DNA from: a virus
Reading direction: 5' to 3' (one strand)
UHGV virus genome: UHGV-1842250
Length of the DNA stretch: 13,971 bases
Shown: piece by piece, positions 12,712-13,971 of the stretch
Layout of the letters: each line of letters opens with the position of its first letter
Numbering within the stretch: the stretch's first letter is position 1
Notes under the pieces: model-generated
What the model was told of the DNA's origin: nothing
Databases searched by the model: none
The model's input: only the letters and a program-made list of their open reading frames with translations
Position numbers and translations under genes: made by a program

Positions 12712-13971
12712 CAGATACAGCGTTATCTCCTGAAGAGCAGTTGATCGAGGATATTGCAGGGTTCACTCACGATCCGCTTGGTTATGCCCTCTATGCGTTC
12801 CCGTGGGGGGAAGAGGGGACTGAACTGGCACATGCCACCGGTCCACGTCAGTGGCAGGCCGATGCGTTCCGAGAGATACGTGATCACCTGCAGAATCCAG
12901 AGACGCGCTATCAGCCGCTTATGCTGGCACGCGCTTCTGGTCACGGTATTGGTAAATCCGCATTCATCTCAATGCTGATCAACTGGGGCATGTCCACTTG
13001 CGAGGATTGTAAGGTCGTGGTGACCGCCAACACCGACAACCAGCTACGAACGAAGACTTGGCCGGAAATTATCAAGTGGTCGAACCTTGCTATCACGAAA
13101 GACTGGTTTACCTGTACCGCTACCGCGATGTACAGCAATGATCCTGGGCACGACAAGCGGTGGCGAGCTGACGCAATCCCCTGGTCTGAGCACAACACTG
13201 AGGCATTCGCCGGACTACACAACGAGCGCAAACGCATCATCGTGGTATTCGATGAAGCGTCGAACATTGCGGATCTGGTGTGGGAAGTTGCCGAGGGTGC
13301 GCTAACGGACGAAGACACTGAGATTATCTGGGTGGCGTTCGGAAACCCGACGCGTAATACCGGACGTTTCCGCGAATGTTTCCGCAAATATAAACACCGC
13401 TGGAAAACTGCGCAGATTGACAGCCGGACGGTGGAAGGCACTAACAAACAGCAGTTGCAGAAATGGGTTGATGACTACGGGGAAGACAGCGACTTCGTTA
13501 AAATCCGTGTGCGCGGCATATTCCCGGATGCATCTGAATTGCAGTTTATCCCTACCGGACTTACTGACGAGGCAATGAAACGGGTGGTCACCGCTGCGCA
13601 GGTTGCACATGCTCCGGTGATAATAGGCGTTGACCCGGCATACTCAGGCGTTGATGATGCGGTGATATACCTGCGGCAGGGGCTGCACAGTAAGGTGCTG
13701 TGGACCGGCAACAAGACCACTGACGATCTGATTATGGCAAAGCGTATCGCTGACTTTGAAGACCAGTATCAGGCTGACGCGGTGTTCATCGACTTCGGTT
13801 ACGGTACCGGTCTGAAGTCAATCGGTGACGGCTGGGGTCGTACATGGCAACTTGTTCCGTTCGGCGGCGCGTCTACTGACCCGCAGATGCTCAATAAGCG
13901 CGGGGAGATGTTCAATGCATGCAAGACATGGCTGAGGCTCGGCGGGATGCTGGATGACCAGGAAACAGCGG
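12708..13971 (+). CDS. terL: Terminase large subunit, 5' partial (continues beyond the window)
   Basis: Frame open from GTG at 12708 (overlapping the terS stop as GTGA) to the window end. Hand translation gives a Walker-A-like ARASGHGIGKSAF and a Walker-B-like IIVVFDEAS. Absent from the ORF track because no stop lies in the window. Confidence 0.88.
   Translation, partial: MTDTALSPEEQLIEDIAGFTHDPLGYALYAFPWGEEGTELAHATGPRQWQADAFREIRDHLQNPETRYQPLMLARASGHGIGKSAFISMLINWGMSTCEDCKVVVTANTDNQLRTKTWPEIIKWSNLAITKDWFTCTATAMYSNDPGHDKRWRADAIPWSEHNTEAFAGLHNERKRIIVVFDEASNIADLVWEVAEGALTDEDTEIIWVAFGNPTRNTGRFRECFRKYKHRWKTAQIDSRTVEGTNKQQLQKWVDDYGEDSDFVKIRVRGIFPDASELQFIPTGLTDEAMKRVVTAAQVAHAPVIIGVDPAYSGVDDAVIYLRQGLHSKVLWTGNKTTDDLIMAKRIADFEDQYQADAVFIDFGYGTGLKSIGDGWGRTWQLVPFGGASTDPQMLNKRGEMFNACKTWLRLGGMLDDQETA

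Noticed and set aside
12941-13447. 168-aa minus-strand ORF inside the terminase large-subunit region
   Set aside because: The plus-strand frame is open from 12708 to the window end and encodes Walker A/B-like motifs; the minus-strand ORF is antisense noise.
1-13971. CRISPR arrays, insertion sequences, rRNA or tRNA genes
   Set aside because: No regularly spaced direct repeats with unique spacers, no transposase-like ORFs with terminal inverted repeats, and no structural RNA signatures. The only tandem or periodic repeats are the operator and iteron elements already described.

Overview
The window reads as the left arm of a lambdoid-type temperate prophage from an enterobacterial host, running from the integrase to the start of the packaging genes. 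Left to right: a P4-family tyrosine integrase (+), converging on a leftward early operon (-) that carries a possible cIII-like micro-ORF, a 99-aa unknown, a frameshifted PD-(D/E)xK exonuclease, a Bet/RecT-family annealing protein, an AlpA-type excisionase, another 99-aa unknown, an MT-A70 adenine methyltransferase and a lambda-PPase-type Ser/Thr phosphatase. Then comes an immunity region (dual-HTH repressor on -, Cro-like regulator on +), a replication module (Zn-ribbon protein, O-like initiator with internal iterons, lambda-P-like helicase loader), a block of seven tightly coupled accessory genes, a strong terminator, and the small and large terminase subunits (the large one runs off the window). 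The most striking signal is a 15-bp palindrome, TTACC-N5-GGTAA, present as 6 perfect and 5 near-perfect copies at every candidate promoter region, including upstream of int and of the terminase genes. No tRNA, rRNA, CRISPR array or insertion sequence was recognised. All protein calls rest on reading the translations and recalling family motifs; no database search was run.
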